Source: a virus (lineage: Duplodnaviria; Caudoviricetes). Taken from it: a stretch of DNA of 64,000 bases. The notes under the pieces were generated by a model. The model had not been told where the DNA came from, searched no databases, and was given only the letters and a program-made list of their open reading frames with translations. Position numbers and translations under genes: made by a program. Positions 1 to 9,576 of this stretch are shown here, one piece after another. The stretch spans positions 1 through 64,000 of IMG/VR virus record IMGVR_UViG_2934734009_000001, one strand, 5' to 3'. Within the stretch, counting starts at the first letter, position 1. Every line of letters starts with the position of its first letter.

Positions 1-190
1 GTGAGCAATCCCCTGTTTCGCGGGCCGTGGGCCCTGGGGGTTGATGTGACAAGCCTACGGGTGGGCACTGACAACCCGGGCTCGATCAGCCCCGGCGTGG
101 CGCGGGGTGCCCCCGTCGACGGGGGAGGCGACGGGGGCAATGCCAGTGTGGCAGGGCAGGCGCGGGCGGGGTGGGCGATACGCTGACACG

Positions 191-227
191 GCGGCGCCCC
201 GGCCATTAGTGGTGGCCGGGGCGCCGC
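191..227 (-). terminator. GC-rich hairpin after the left minus-strand genes
   Basis: GCGGCGCCCCGGCCA...TGGCCGGGGCGCCGC inverted repeat just past the stop at 238. Confidence 0.6.
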
Positions 228-237
228 GCTGTGCAGG

Positions 238-546
238 CTACTGCTCGGTGGCGGGCGACTGTCGGCGCGTGGGCCAGCCCGATGCTGCGTTCATCCGCTG
301 GCTATCGATGTCGATGAGGCCAAGTTCCAGCAGGTGGAGCAGGGCTTCACGGACCGCGTTGTCGACGATGTCAGCGAGGGGCCGGTTCTGGGCGTAGGCG
401 CCGTCAGGCCCGAGGGCCCATCCAGTGGCAGCACTCCCGGCGATCCGGTCGAGGCGGTAGAAGTCGCTATCCGGGCTCGTGTCGATCGGGATACGAGGCC
501 AGGGGTCGAAGGTACGTGCCGGAAGCGGGGGCTTCGCGTCGCTCAT
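238..546 (-). CDS. Hypothetical protein (MSDAKPPLPARTFDPW...)
   Basis: ATG at 546 with upstream GAGGA; typical codon usage; tandem with neighbours. Confidence 0.65.
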   Translation of the reverse strand: MSDAKPPLPARTFDPWPRIPIDTSPDSDFYRLDRIAGSAATGWALGPDGAYAQNRPLADIVDNAVREALLHLLELGLIDIDSQRMNAASGWPTRRQSPATEQ

Positions 547-557
547 GGTCGTGTTCC

Positions 558-824
558 TCACTGCTCGGTGGCGGCGGTCTCGGCGCCCATCAACCCAACG
601 GCTTCGAGTCCAGCTTCGATGGTGACGGCGCGCTTCAGGAGGTAGGTGGCTTCCGCAATGAGGCGGGTCAGGTCGCCGGAGGCGGTGCGCTGCCCGTTCG
701 GCGGGTTCGCGGCGATGCGTGCGGCTGCCTCGGCCAGTCGCTCGGCTTCCTGGGCGAACCGGCGCTGCTCGTCCTCGATGGAGCGGGCCAGGAAGCTTGC
801 GGCGGTCAGCTGCGGGTTCGGCAT
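558..824 (-). CDS. Hypothetical coiled-coil protein (MPNPQLTAASFL...)
   Basis: AGGAG RBS before ATG at 824. Confidence 0.7.
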   Translation of the reverse strand: MPNPQLTAASFLARSIEDEQRRFAQEAERLAEAAARIAANPPNGQRTASGDLTRLIAEATYLLKRAVTIEAGLEAVGLMGAETAATEQ

Positions 825-826
825 GG

Positions 827-1147
827 TCAGTTCTCCTGCGGGTGGTTGAGGCGCTTGTGCTTCGCGACGCTGGCCTTCGCGCCCCGGTAGCCGGGCTTGG
901 TCTCGCACTCGTCACACTGTTCCCAGCCCGCCTTCTCAACGGCGTCACGCGTGACGGAGTGCTGGGGGCCGTAGCCGTGGGCGTGGAGGAAGTGGGGGAC
1001 GCTGGCCTCGTACTTCAGGGCGATCAGCGCGGACTCTGCGGTCTTGTCGTGGCCCTGCGCGAAGAATTTCCCGAGGCCGACTTCACGGCCGCAGCCGCAC
1101 CAGCAGTTGCCGGTGGGGAGGAGGCGGGGCTTGTCATTGCTTGGCAT
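827..1147 (-). CDS. Small Cys/His-rich (zinc-binding) hypothetical protein
   Basis: CWCGCG...FAQGHD, CDEC...HKRLNH motifs. Confidence 0.75.
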   Translation of the reverse strand: MPSNDKPRLLPTGNCWCGCGREVGLGKFFAQGHDKTAESALIALKYEASVPHFLHAHGYGPQHSVTRDAVEKAGWEQCDECETKPGYRGAKASVAKHKRLNHPQEN

Positions 1148-1246
1148 GCACTCAAAATAGCAAGTCAAGGCTTGCAGTCAAGGGTGAACTCCAAGACTTG
1201 TTCTGCTCGGGGTGCCGGAGCGGTCACCTACGCGCAGGATCGGACC

Positions 1247-2116
1247 GTGGAGTACCCCATCCGCCCCGCCCTCGCTCAAGCCGTACCGACAATCCCCGAC
1301 GGGCCCGGCTGGTGGTACGAGCCGAAATTCGACGGGCACAGGATGGTCCTCAGACGCACCGAGGACACCGTCACCCTCTACGCCAGGTCCGGCAGGGTCG
1401 TCACCAGCCACTGGATGGACCTCGCCGTCGCCGGAATGGGCCTTCCGCCCGGCACCACGCTGGATGGCGAGGCGGTCATCTGGAAGAACGGCCGGATCGA
1501 TTTCGGTGCCGCCCAATCCCGGGCCGCATCCAGCGTCACCCGGGCCCGTGCGCTCGCCGCACAACACCCCGCCTCCTACGCCGCCTGGGACGTCCTGGAG
1601 CACCCCGAGCACGGACAAACCACGGGACTCCCCTATACGGAGAGGCGCGGACTGCTCCTCGACCTGCTCCACGACATCCCGCCACCCATCCAAGCCGTAC
1701 CCGCCACCGACGACCGGAACGTCGCCGTCGCCTGGTACGAAGGACTCCAGGAGCAGGGCATCGAAGGGGTCGTCTGCAAGAAGGGGACGGCAAGCTACCC
1801 CGCTGGCCGCCGAAACTGGATCAAGGTGAGGACGGCTGACACCGAGGACGCACTCGTCATCGGCTACCTCGGGCCCCGTCGCCGGCCCCACCGGCTCGCA
1901 CTCGCCACCGGTGACGAAGGCGGCCCCATCCGGCTGTCCGCACGGCTCGACCCCGTACTCGCCGGCCGGATCGCTGACGCGCTCACCGCGGCCGAGGTCG
2001 TGGGCGAGCGGCGGGCCGAAGGAGAGACGTACACGAGAGTCGACGGCGACCTGACCGTCGAAGTCCTCGCCGGCACGGGCAGGCACGGGACGCTCACCGT
2101 TACCCGAATGCGATAG
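1247..2116 (+). CDS. ATP-dependent DNA ligase (small LigC/LigD-catalytic type)
   Basis: Motif I EPKFDGHR, LDGE, WDVL, EGVVCK, WIKV and a short OB domain; GTG start inferred. Confidence 0.9.
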   Translation: MEYPIRPALAQAVPTIPDGPGWWYEPKFDGHRMVLRRTEDTVTLYARSGRVVTSHWMDLAVAGMGLPPGTTLDGEAVIWKNGRIDFGAAQSRAASSVTRARALAAQHPASYAAWDVLEHPEHGQTTGLPYTERRGLLLDLLHDIPPPIQAVPATDDRNVAVAWYEGLQEQGIEGVVCKKGTASYPAGRRNWIKVRTADTEDALVIGYLGPRRRPHRLALATGDEGGPIRLSARLDPVLAGRIADALTAAEVVGERRAEGETYTRVDGDLTVEVLAGTGRHGTLTVTRMR

Positions 2117-2142
2117 CACCAGGTCGGGAGCACCCTGGATGT

Positions 2143-2352
2143 ATGGCCGCGCCCATCGTCATCCACCGCCCCTCCCCCACCGGCGGCCGGCGAGTCACCA
2201 TCCAAGGACAGATCGCCGGGCTCGCCCACAACGACGGGGACGTCGTCGAATTCCTGAGGCGGGCTGGACTCCCCGACGCCGACGACCTTCTCGACCAGAG
2301 CGACTGGGTGGAGTGGCGCGGTGGCAGGGCGCACCACTACGAAGCGGCGTGA
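2143..2352 (+). CDS. Small hypothetical protein downstream of the ligase
   Basis: 69-aa ORF, good codon usage. Confidence 0.75.
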   Translation: MAAPIVIHRPSPTGGRRVTIQGQIAGLAHNDGDVVEFLRRAGLPDADDLLDQSDWVEWRGGRAHHYEAA

Positions 2353-2362
2353 CCCCGGCCGA

Positions 2363-3079
2363 CTATGGTGCTACCTCAAACTCGACAAGCGTGTCCTCGC
2401 AACCCGCAGCAAGCTCCTCCAAGGCCGTGATCTCCTTCTCGTCGGCCTCCAGCTTCCACCGCAGCTTCGTGCCCACCCAGTCCGCACCGTAAGTACACTG
2501 CGCGGACGCCGACGGCGGCAGCCACTGCGACGGGTCCTTGTCAGCCTTCTGCCGGTTCGTGCGGGCAGTGACAGCAACAAGGCTGCGCTCGGCACCCAGG
2601 TCGTTGGCGTACCGCTCCCGGCGGTCCGCATCCCACCCGGAAGCCCCAGAATCCCAGGCCTCAGCCAGCGGAACCATGTGGTCAATGTCCAGCTTCCCGG
2701 CGGCGGTGACGGTCTCCTCGTCGTAGTACGACACCCATTCCCCTCCGGTCAGGGCACACCGTGCACCCTGCTCCGGGGCGACGGTCGCCTCAGCCAGAAG
2801 GACCTCGTTGCGGGTGGAGCAGCCATCCTTGTCCTCATCAACCCAGTGCCTGAAGCTGTCCCGCTCGTAGCCGTCACGCTTCTCCACGCCGACCGGCAGC
2901 AACTTCACCACGGCAGGCAAGGTCAAGCCCCCGCCGCCCTCCGGGGCACCCGGGGCAGGAGCTGTGGTTGACGCATCGGCCGCGGCCGGCTTCTCGTCGT
3001 CGACGGCTGCGCTCGGATTGCAGGCGGCGAGAGACAAGGCGAGGAGGGCGGCGGCAGCGATCGGCCAGGTGCGGTGCAC
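2363..3079 (-). CDS. Secreted lipoprotein with HNH nuclease domain (DUF1524-like)
   Basis: Lipobox LAAC; GYERDSFRHW, CSTRNEVL, DIDHMVPLAEAWDSGA, NRQKADKDP-W motifs. Confidence 0.85.
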   Translation of the reverse strand: MHRTWPIAAAALLALSLAACNPSAAVDDEKPAAADASTTAPAPGAPEGGGGLTLPAVVKLLPVGVEKRDGYERDSFRHWVDEDKDGCSTRNEVLLAEATVAPEQGARCALTGGEWVSYYDEETVTAAGKLDIDHMVPLAEAWDSGASGWDADRRERYANDLGAERSLVAVTARTNRQKADKDPSQWLPPSASAQCTYGADWVGTKLRWKLEADEKEITALEELAAGCEDTLVEFEVAP

Positions 3080-3229
3080 AGACACAGAGGGCTCCAGCAG
3101 TAGTGGGCTGACGAACCCACATGATTGCGCATCACACCGAGGACGTGACAGGCGGTCAAATGTGCTGGTGGTGACCCTGTTACAGCAATGCCACCCCCCA
3201 GCCAAGTGCCACCTGGCACCCTGGCCGAC

Positions 3230-3559
3230 ATGACCCCGGAACCGCACATCATCACTGGCTTCAGCGCTGCCCCCGACGGGTGGCGTGCAGCGTTCAAATG
3301 GCCCGACGTACAGGAGATCGTCGTCGTGCCCATTGTTGGCTGGGCCACTCGCACCGAGGGAGTACGCCGGACCGAGGCTGGCCACTTCGAGGTCGAGCCG
3401 GTCGTCCTCTTCGACAACGTCGGCGAACCAGTGATCACCACAGTCGCGGACAGCCTGCACGACTGGACCGACGGGGAAGAACTCCACCAGATCATCGCCC
3501 CCGGATTCGACGTCCGCGAAGTGCCCGACGGGTGGAAGGTCCGTGAGTACCCGGACTAA
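3230..3559 (+). CDS. Hypothetical protein
   Basis: ORF with high GC3 (MTPEPHIITG...). Confidence 0.7.
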   Translation: MTPEPHIITGFSAAPDGWRAAFKWPDVQEIVVVPIVGWATRTEGVRRTEAGHFEVEPVVLFDNVGEPVITTVADSLHDWTDGEELHQIIAPGFDVREVPDGWKVREYPD

Positions 3560-3629
3560 GCCCGGCCCCTGACCTGCAACGCGACAAGGCAGGGGGAGTG
3601 TTCAGCCGAACCCGTGCGACGGTGAAGGC

Positions 3630-3839
3630 ATGGACAACCCGAAGCAGCGATACCCGCTATCCGTAGCCAACAGGCTGCGGCCCCACCCCTGCCCCGACTG
3701 CCGCAAGGCCAGCTGGCCCCAGGCCATCGACACGCCAGACCTCACCGCCGCCGACCTTGACCCAGACGTACTCGTCGTCTGGATCTGCCCGGACAACCTC
3801 TGCAACCAGCACGACGGCTTCTTCATCGAGACTCAGTAG
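3630..3839 (+). CDS. Small zinc-finger-like protein
   Basis: CPDC...CPDNLC; GAAGG RBS. Confidence 0.6.
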   Translation: MDNPKQRYPLSVANRLRPHPCPDCRKASWPQAIDTPDLTAADLDPDVLVVWICPDNLCNQHDGFFIETQ

Positions 3840-3918
3840 CCGAGCCGGCGCCGCCGCTCCTGCGGGGATTCAGGAGCGGCAGCCGACCACTGTCAGACCC
3901 GGCAGGGATGATGGCCTC

Positions 3919-4098
3919 ATGCCGATCACCATGCAGAGTTATGCCCTCACCTGGACCGATACCAACGGAACCCGCCGCGCGTCCGGAGTCTCCTACGACA
4001 AGCCCAGCGCCGAGCACCGGAAGACCGAGCTTGAAGCCGGCGGAGCCACCGACGTCACCGTTGCGCCGATCCAGCCCGGGGAACTCCCCCAGCCCTGA
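3919..4098 (+). CDS. Small hypothetical protein (MPITMQSYALTW...)
   Basis: 59-aa ORF, typical codon usage. Confidence 0.65.
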   Translation: MPITMQSYALTWTDTNGTRRASGVSYDKPSAEHRKTELEAGGATDVTVAPIQPGELPQP

Positions 4099-4143
4099 AC
4101 GCGGGCAGCCGCTTGGCCTCCCGTGGGGAGCCGGGAGGAGCGG

Positions 4144-4184
4144 CAGGCCCCGCCTGGAACGGGGGTCCAGACAGGCGGGGCCTG
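4144..4184. terminator. Hairpin between convergent genes
   Basis: CAGGCCCCGCCTG...CAGGCGGGGCCTG 13-bp stem. Confidence 0.6.
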
Positions 4185-4274
4185 AGCAGATCCACACCCT
4201 CAGGATGGGAGCTGCGAGAACAACGATGCACCCGAACCGGCCACAGGGGTAGATGCGTGACCGAAAACGGTTGA

Positions 4275-5573
4275 TCAGATTGTCAGCTCCGCAATGGGGT
4301 TCACATCACGGGAGTCGAAAACCACGGCTACTTCAACGTCAAGGTCCACAACCTCGGGGACCTCGGGCACTCCAACAGCGCCATGTGCTTCATCGACCTC
4401 CGCGACTATGGGGCGGATGGTCAACCCTGGCTGATCCGTGAACCACTCACCTGCCAGGTCCATGACGTCCTGCAGAGCCTCTGCGGGGAAGTACTCGACG
4501 CCACGGATGGACAGCCACCCTTTGCCGTCGAGCCCGTCCAGCACGTACCTCTCCAACACTCGCGCGTTACCAACGGGAAGCCCCAGTATCCGAAGATGCT
4601 GCAAGGTCAGCCCATCCTCGGCGTGCTGCCGAAGCCGGTTATAGCCAACCCCGGAGCTGATGCCCGGCTTCACAGTCCCCTTGCCTGTCGCGGCGTCCAG
4701 CCCGCTCACGACGTAGTACACGTCGTGAGGCGGGATAGCGCCGCCATACATCCCCTGTGGGCACTCGGGGCATCCACGCTTCATCTTGTTCGGAACGAGG
4801 CCGAACTCGTGGCCGGCGAAACAGACTGCCCGGTGAGAGCGAGACTTGGCTATCCACTGCGACTCAAGCACGGTGATACCGAGGTCCTTGGCCGCCTCCG
4901 AGAACTCCTGGAACGTGACCAACTTGGCGCAGGCGCCACAGAAGTTCGGGCGGATGGCCTGCCGCCCATCCGGACTGTCCACGTAGAACGTGTGCCGGTG
5001 GCCGCGGCGACACCTGATCTCTGCGGCGTTTCGGTACCTCTTCGCCACGGTGGACCGAGTTTCGCGAAGGACCGCCTCGACCTTGGCGAACCCTTCGGCG
5101 ATCTTCGCAGCCTGATAGCAGTCGGGGCATAGAACCTCAACCGGTTCTCCGCGCCAGTTCGCGTCACGCCCTGTCGCATCGAACCGGTGCCCCTTCGAGC
5201 ACTTCGCCGCGAACACGACGTGCCCCTCCCCAGTCTCGTCATCCCTCTCCGTCGCCGTGAGGTCTACGCCCTGAGCTCTAGCCACAGACTCCAGAACGGC
5301 TAGGCACTCCGTGACCCACTCGGCGCTCCTGCACTTCTTGCACCACGACTCGTCCGGTTCCAGCCCGAAGGGCCTAGAGGTCGACACAACGTCCAGCCCG
5401 CTGAGGCTGAACTCGTGCCCGTCCTTGCACCTGACATCGGTCCAGCCGGTCAGCCCCCGCTCCGTGCTGAGCACCAACTCCTGACGCCGGCATGCCCGGC
5501 GAAACAGGTCCATCAGCGCAGCAATGTGGACGGCGGCTTCCGTACTGATGTCCCAGGGCTTTGATTGGCTCAT
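4275..5573 (-). CDS. Multi zinc-ribbon protein with C-terminal GIY-YIG-like nuclease domain
   Basis: Four CxxGH...CxxC repeats; YYVV...VKPGIS...RLRQH...LE...GVEYF tail. Confidence 0.7.
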   Translation of the reverse strand: MSQSKPWDISTEAAVHIAALMDLFRRACRRQELVLSTERGLTGWTDVRCKDGHEFSLSGLDVVSTSRPFGLEPDESWCKKCRSAEWVTECLAVLESVARAQGVDLTATERDDETGEGHVVFAAKCSKGHRFDATGRDANWRGEPVEVLCPDCYQAAKIAEGFAKVEAVLRETRSTVAKRYRNAAEIRCRRGHRHTFYVDSPDGRQAIRPNFCGACAKLVTFQEFSEAAKDLGITVLESQWIAKSRSHRAVCFAGHEFGLVPNKMKRGCPECPQGMYGGAIPPHDVYYVVSGLDAATGKGTVKPGISSGVGYNRLRQHAEDGLTLQHLRILGLPVGNARVLERYVLDGLDGKGWLSIRGVEYFPAEALQDVMDLAGEWFTDQPGLTIRPIVAEVDEAHGAVGVPEVPEVVDLDVEVAVVFDSRDVNPIAELTI

Positions 5574-5584
5574 CGCCCCGCCCG

Positions 5585-6193
5585 TCACTTCGCTACCCCC
5601 TTTGCCGCGTCGTGGGCTCGGAGCGCCTGAGAGATGGCGCCGACGCTGGGGTTCTTCCCCTTGTCCTTGCCGTCGGCGATGCGGAGGTGGGGCTGGATCT
5701 GTCGGATCGTGAAGCCGCGGTCTCGCAGTCCCACTGCCTGCGCCACAAGGGCGTCGGTCATGACGGGTTTGCGTCCACCGACGCGCCCCTGCTTCCGGGC
5801 TGCTTCCAAGCCGTTCTTGGTCTTCTTGACGATGTCGCGGCGCCGGTCTTCGGCGAGGGCCAGTGCGAGGTCGAGGATGAAGGACCGTTCGGTGTGATCA
5901 CCGGCCGCGATGCCTTCGAGGACTTTGACGGCGACGCCTCGCTCGAAGAGGTCGTTGAGGACGATCAGCCCTTCGAGGAGGTTGCGGCCGAGGCGGTCGA
6001 CCTCTTGCACGCAGAGCATGTCGTCTTCGCGGATGTATTCGAGGGCGGCCTTGAGGGTGGGGCGATCGTCGACGGCGAGCTTGCCGCTGATCTTCTCTTC
6101 GAAGACCTTGAGGCAGATCGGGTCGAGCGCATCATGCTGCCGCTGGGTGTTCTGCTTGTCGGTGCTGACTCGGACGAGGCCGACTAGGGCCAT
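5585..6193 (-). CDS. Small serine recombinase (resolvase/invertase)
   Basis: LVRVST (catalytic Ser), EEKISG, DRP, DRLGR, GRVGGRK, C-terminal HTH; AAGGAG RBS. Confidence 0.95.
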   Translation of the reverse strand: MALVGLVRVSTDKQNTQRQHDALDPICLKVFEEKISGKLAVDDRPTLKAALEYIREDDMLCVQEVDRLGRNLLEGLIVLNDLFERGVAVKVLEGIAAGDHTERSFILDLALALAEDRRRDIVKKTKNGLEAARKQGRVGGRKPVMTDALVAQAVGLRDRGFTIRQIQPHLRIADGKDKGKNPSVGAISQALRAHDAAKGVAK

Positions 6194-6205
6194 ACGGCTC
6201 TCCTT

Positions 6206-6338
6206 CGTTCATCAAACGTCTCGGTGAGGAATCTGAACAGTACCACCTAGATGAACGGGTTGATGAACAACTTAAAGCGAGAATCGGGTAGTTCGGAGGT
6301 CGTGCGTTCAGGTTCACGTCTCGACCGATTGATGAACG
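6206..6338. promoter_or_regulatory. res-like recombinase binding site array in the divergent promoter region
   Basis: CGTTCATCAA 6206-6215; TAGATGAAC 6248-6256; TTGATGAAC 6260-6268 and 6329-6337; directly upstream of the resolvase. Confidence 0.7.
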
Positions 6339-6445
6339 ACCCTGCCGTCCCTCTTCGGTGTCAGAGGTGGCGGCTAGCATCCCGCTACACCTCACCGTTC
6401 CAACAGGAGGACACCATCAACCAGCGCCCCATCACGCCAGAGACC

Positions 6446-7396
6446 ATGCAGCGCCTCGCCTTCATCAGGCTGCTTGTCCAGCAGGGCGTGGACCAGTCTC
6501 AGCTCCCAGACCCGCTGTCAGCCGGAAGCGTTCTCACCTTCCACGACGCGGTTGAGTTCTTCCTGATCCTCACCAGCGAGCACCTCGGGGTCTCCGTGCC
6601 GGACCGCGGTCAGTTCGTAGCCCGCTACTACGACAACCTGCACCCCGACAAGGCGGGCCCTGTCGGAGTCGACCTGGCTGGGCGTATCGGCATCAAGCGG
6701 CTTACGGACCAACGCAACGCCTTCAAGCACACCGCAGCCATGCCCTCCGCCGAGACGGTCAGACAGGCTCGCGCAGACACCGCCCAGTTCTTCGAGGACA
6801 ACACCCCTCGCGTCTTCGGAACTGCCTTCAGTGACATCGACATGGTCGATCTTGTTCCGCAACCGAATACTCGGGTCAAGCTCCATGAGTCCGTCGCGCA
6901 AGAAGCCGCTGGCAACCGCGTCGAGGCGATGGCGTGGCTCGTGGAGGCCTTCGACGAACTTCTATCAATGGCTAGCTCTCCGGGAAGCTTTCGGGGTACA
7001 CCGTTCAGCTTCGGGACGAACATCAGCTACCCCCTCTCGAAGTATGACGTCGCAAAGATCCTTCGCCAGCCCCGGGATCAAGACCGGCGTATGCCGCTTC
7101 GAGGTGCAAGTGCCCTCGCCGAGGAGTACGTCGCACTACGAGAGTCGGTCGTGGCCCTTCAGCGCGGGGCTCGCCTGACCGCGCTCGGTATCGACTATTC
7201 GGAGTACTGGCGCTTCAACTCGCTCACCCCTGGCGTCTACCGGCTCAATCAGCACAGCACGGCGCAGATCAACGCGGCCCCCGACTACTCCCCAGACGCA
7301 GACGAGTACGCGTACTGTCAGCGCTTTATCATCGCTTCAGCTCTGCGCATCGCGGGAGCCATGGCGCACCGTCGCCCTCCCTCATGGGAAGCGTAA
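6446..7396 (+). CDS. Putative HEPN-domain protein
   Basis: HDAVEFFL plus RNAFKH (Rx4H) motifs; ATG at 6446, though a strong AGGAGG precedes an in-frame ATC at 6416. Confidence 0.6.
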   Translation: MQRLAFIRLLVQQGVDQSQLPDPLSAGSVLTFHDAVEFFLILTSEHLGVSVPDRGQFVARYYDNLHPDKAGPVGVDLAGRIGIKRLTDQRNAFKHTAAMPSAETVRQARADTAQFFEDNTPRVFGTAFSDIDMVDLVPQPNTRVKLHESVAQEAAGNRVEAMAWLVEAFDELLSMASSPGSFRGTPFSFGTNISYPLSKYDVAKILRQPRDQDRRMPLRGASALAEEYVALRESVVALQRGARLTALGIDYSEYWRFNSLTPGVYRLNQHSTAQINAAPDYSPDADEYAYCQRFIIASALRIAGAMAHRRPPSWEA

Positions 7397-7440
7397 AACG
7401 TGGGCGGCCCTGACGGGTCGGGCCGCTAGAGTCCCGGCGC

Positions 7441-8049
7441 ATGAGCATCCCCTGGGGCGACATCGCCACCTACATCACCGCCGGCGCCGGCGTGGCCGCC
7501 GCGTTCGGCGCCTGGCGTGCAGCTGAACGATCCGCGAAGACCGCCGACGCCGTAGCCCGCATCGAGGAGGAGCGGTGGCACTCCGACCTCACCCCCGACT
7601 TCGCCCTAGACCTGGTACCCACGGGAAACGGGCAGGCCCAGCTCCTCATCCACCTCAACGGACCGCCTTCCCTGCGACGCCTTGACCACATCGCGATAGA
7701 GGTGGGCAACGACGACAAGGACCACATCCTCCTCAACCCAGGACCAGAGGTAACCCAAGCAGACGTTGACGCCTTCGTTTGGGGCCCCTTCCGCTTCTCC
7801 CCCAGCATTAACGGAACCGACGAGCATGGTCGTAGCCCTGAGCCCTTCGCTCTGGACGTGGGCCGGGGCACTCAGCGGGCGATGCAACGAACCCGCCCCG
7901 GTTTCTGGATGGAGGGTAAGACCCCGGGCACGTGGCAGGGCGAGTATGTGGGCCAGCCCATCCGGCTCGTGCTGACGTGCTGCCGCGGTGACCGGGAGTG
8001 GGTCGTTGCCCGGCAGTTGCAGAACCCGGTGTTCGAAACCGGCACCTGA
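7441..8049 (+). CDS. Membrane-anchored hypothetical protein
   Basis: N-terminal TM segment followed by a beta-rich domain. Confidence 0.75.
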   Translation: MSIPWGDIATYITAGAGVAAAFGAWRAAERSAKTADAVARIEEERWHSDLTPDFALDLVPTGNGQAQLLIHLNGPPSLRRLDHIAIEVGNDDKDHILLNPGPEVTQADVDAFVWGPFRFSPSINGTDEHGRSPEPFALDVGRGTQRAMQRTRPGFWMEGKTPGTWQGEYVGQPIRLVLTCCRGDREWVVARQLQNPVFETGT

Positions 8050-8173
8050 CAGCGTTCCACCACCTCTCCCCCGCTGTTTGGTTACAACTCCGTCACCACC
8101 GGAACATGTGGCTCCCCGGGGCGTGGTCGGGTGGTTACGGTCAGGCCTCCACGAGCCGCACGTAGGGGGACAC

Positions 8174-8938
8174 ATGACGTACCAGCACCCTGGTTGGGGG
8201 CAGCAGCCGTTCACGCCCGAGCCGCCGAAGACGGGTGGGCCGGGCTGGGCGAAGAAGCGGGTGGTAATCCCCGCCGGGGCTGGCCTGTTCGTCGTCGGCA
8301 TCATGCTCGGTGCCGCTGGCAGCGGTGGCACCGAGACCGCGGCGAGCAGCACGCCTGCCCCGACCGTCACGAAGACGGTGACCGCCAAGCCCGTCGAGCC
8401 GGCGGAGGACAAGGCCGACGACAAGCCGGCGAAGGCTGAGGAGCCGAAGAAGGAAGCCGCCGCCAAGGCGAAGGTCCCGGACTTCGTCGGTATGGGCCTC
8501 CAGTTCGCGCAGGACGCCGCCCAGGAGAAGGGCTTCTACTCGCTCACCTCGCACGACAGCACCGGACGCGACCGCATGCAGGCGTTCGACCGGAACTGGA
8601 AGGTCTGCTCCCAGAACATCAAGGCGGGCAAGGCGGCCTCTACCGACACCACCCTCGACTTCGGCGCGGTGAAGCTGGAGGAGAAGTGCCCGGCCAGCGA
8701 CAAGAAGACACCCGAAGCCGCGGGCGGGAAGATGCCCGACCTGGTCGGGGAGTCCGTGAACGCGGCGAGGGGGGCCCTGGCCTCCGGCACGTCGATCACG
8801 GTGACTGATGCGTCCGAGGACCGGATGGTGCTGATGGAGTCCAACTGGAAGGTGTGCACACAGAAGCCGACTGCTGGTGCCGCGCTGAACGGGCAGCCGA
8901 TCAACTTCACCGCGGTGAAGTTCGAAGAGAGCTGCTGA
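8174..8938 (+). CDS. Membrane-anchored protein with two PASTA-like domains
   Basis: TM helix; VPDFVG...NWKVCSQ and MPDLVG...NWKVCTQ repeats. Confidence 0.85.
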   Translation: MTYQHPGWGQQPFTPEPPKTGGPGWAKKRVVIPAGAGLFVVGIMLGAAGSGGTETAASSTPAPTVTKTVTAKPVEPAEDKADDKPAKAEEPKKEAAAKAKVPDFVGMGLQFAQDAAQEKGFYSLTSHDSTGRDRMQAFDRNWKVCSQNIKAGKAASTDTTLDFGAVKLEEKCPASDKKTPEAAGGKMPDLVGESVNAARGALASGTSITVTDASEDRMVLMESNWKVCTQKPTAGAALNGQPINFTAVKFEESC

Positions 8939-9558
8939 TGCGCACCCGCACCGCTGCCGCGGCAGCCCTTCTCCTGGCCTGCTCTCTTACTGCCTGCGGT
9001 AGCGACGAGCCGGCGGCGCCGAAGTCCACGGTGAAGGCGTCGGCTCCGGAGCATGAGGTGGACTGCTCGGATACGTCGCTGGACCAGGCGGACTGGATGG
9101 AGCATTGCTCTGAGGAGGACGGAGCTGGGACAGGCGGCGATGGCGGCCCTTCCACGGACCTGCCGTTCGGGAAGAGTTACGCCTGGCCGGACGGCCTGGA
9201 AGTCACCGTCCTGGACGCGAAGGTCTTTACCGACTGGGACGAGTACGAGGAAGCAGACCCGAAGAGCACCGAGTTCCGCATCCGGTTGAAGGTCGACAAC
9301 AAGAGCGAGGGCTCGGTCGACCTCAATCAGCTGTCCATCATGGTCGACGGGGCTACGAACGGTGGAACGGCGGCGAGTAGCTCCTTCACCAAGGGCAGTG
9401 CCCCGCTTGAGGGCCGTATCGCCTCCGGGGTGTCGGCGGTGAAGACCGACGACAACGCCCTGGAGAAGCGGTACGGGAAGGACATCGTGGTGACGGTGCA
9501 GCGGGCGACGGACGACGGGTTCGAAGTGTTCCCAGAGTTCACCGGCATGATCAAGTAG
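8938..9558 (+). CDS. Lipoprotein with Ig-like (DUF4352-like) domain
   Basis: Lipobox LTACG; TGATG coupling to the upstream gene. Confidence 0.8.
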   Translation: MRTRTAAAAALLLACSLTACGSDEPAAPKSTVKASAPEHEVDCSDTSLDQADWMEHCSEEDGAGTGGDGGPSTDLPFGKSYAWPDGLEVTVLDAKVFTDWDEYEEADPKSTEFRIRLKVDNKSEGSVDLNQLSIMVDGATNGGTAASSSFTKGSAPLEGRIASGVSAVKTDDNALEKRYGKDIVVTVQRATDDGFEVFPEFTGMIK

Positions 9559-9576
9559 GCCGGGGGCGGGGCCTCA

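Noticed and set aside
5585-6193. Prophage integrase
   Set aside because: Only 202 aa; lacks the recombinase and zinc-ribbon domains of large serine integrases
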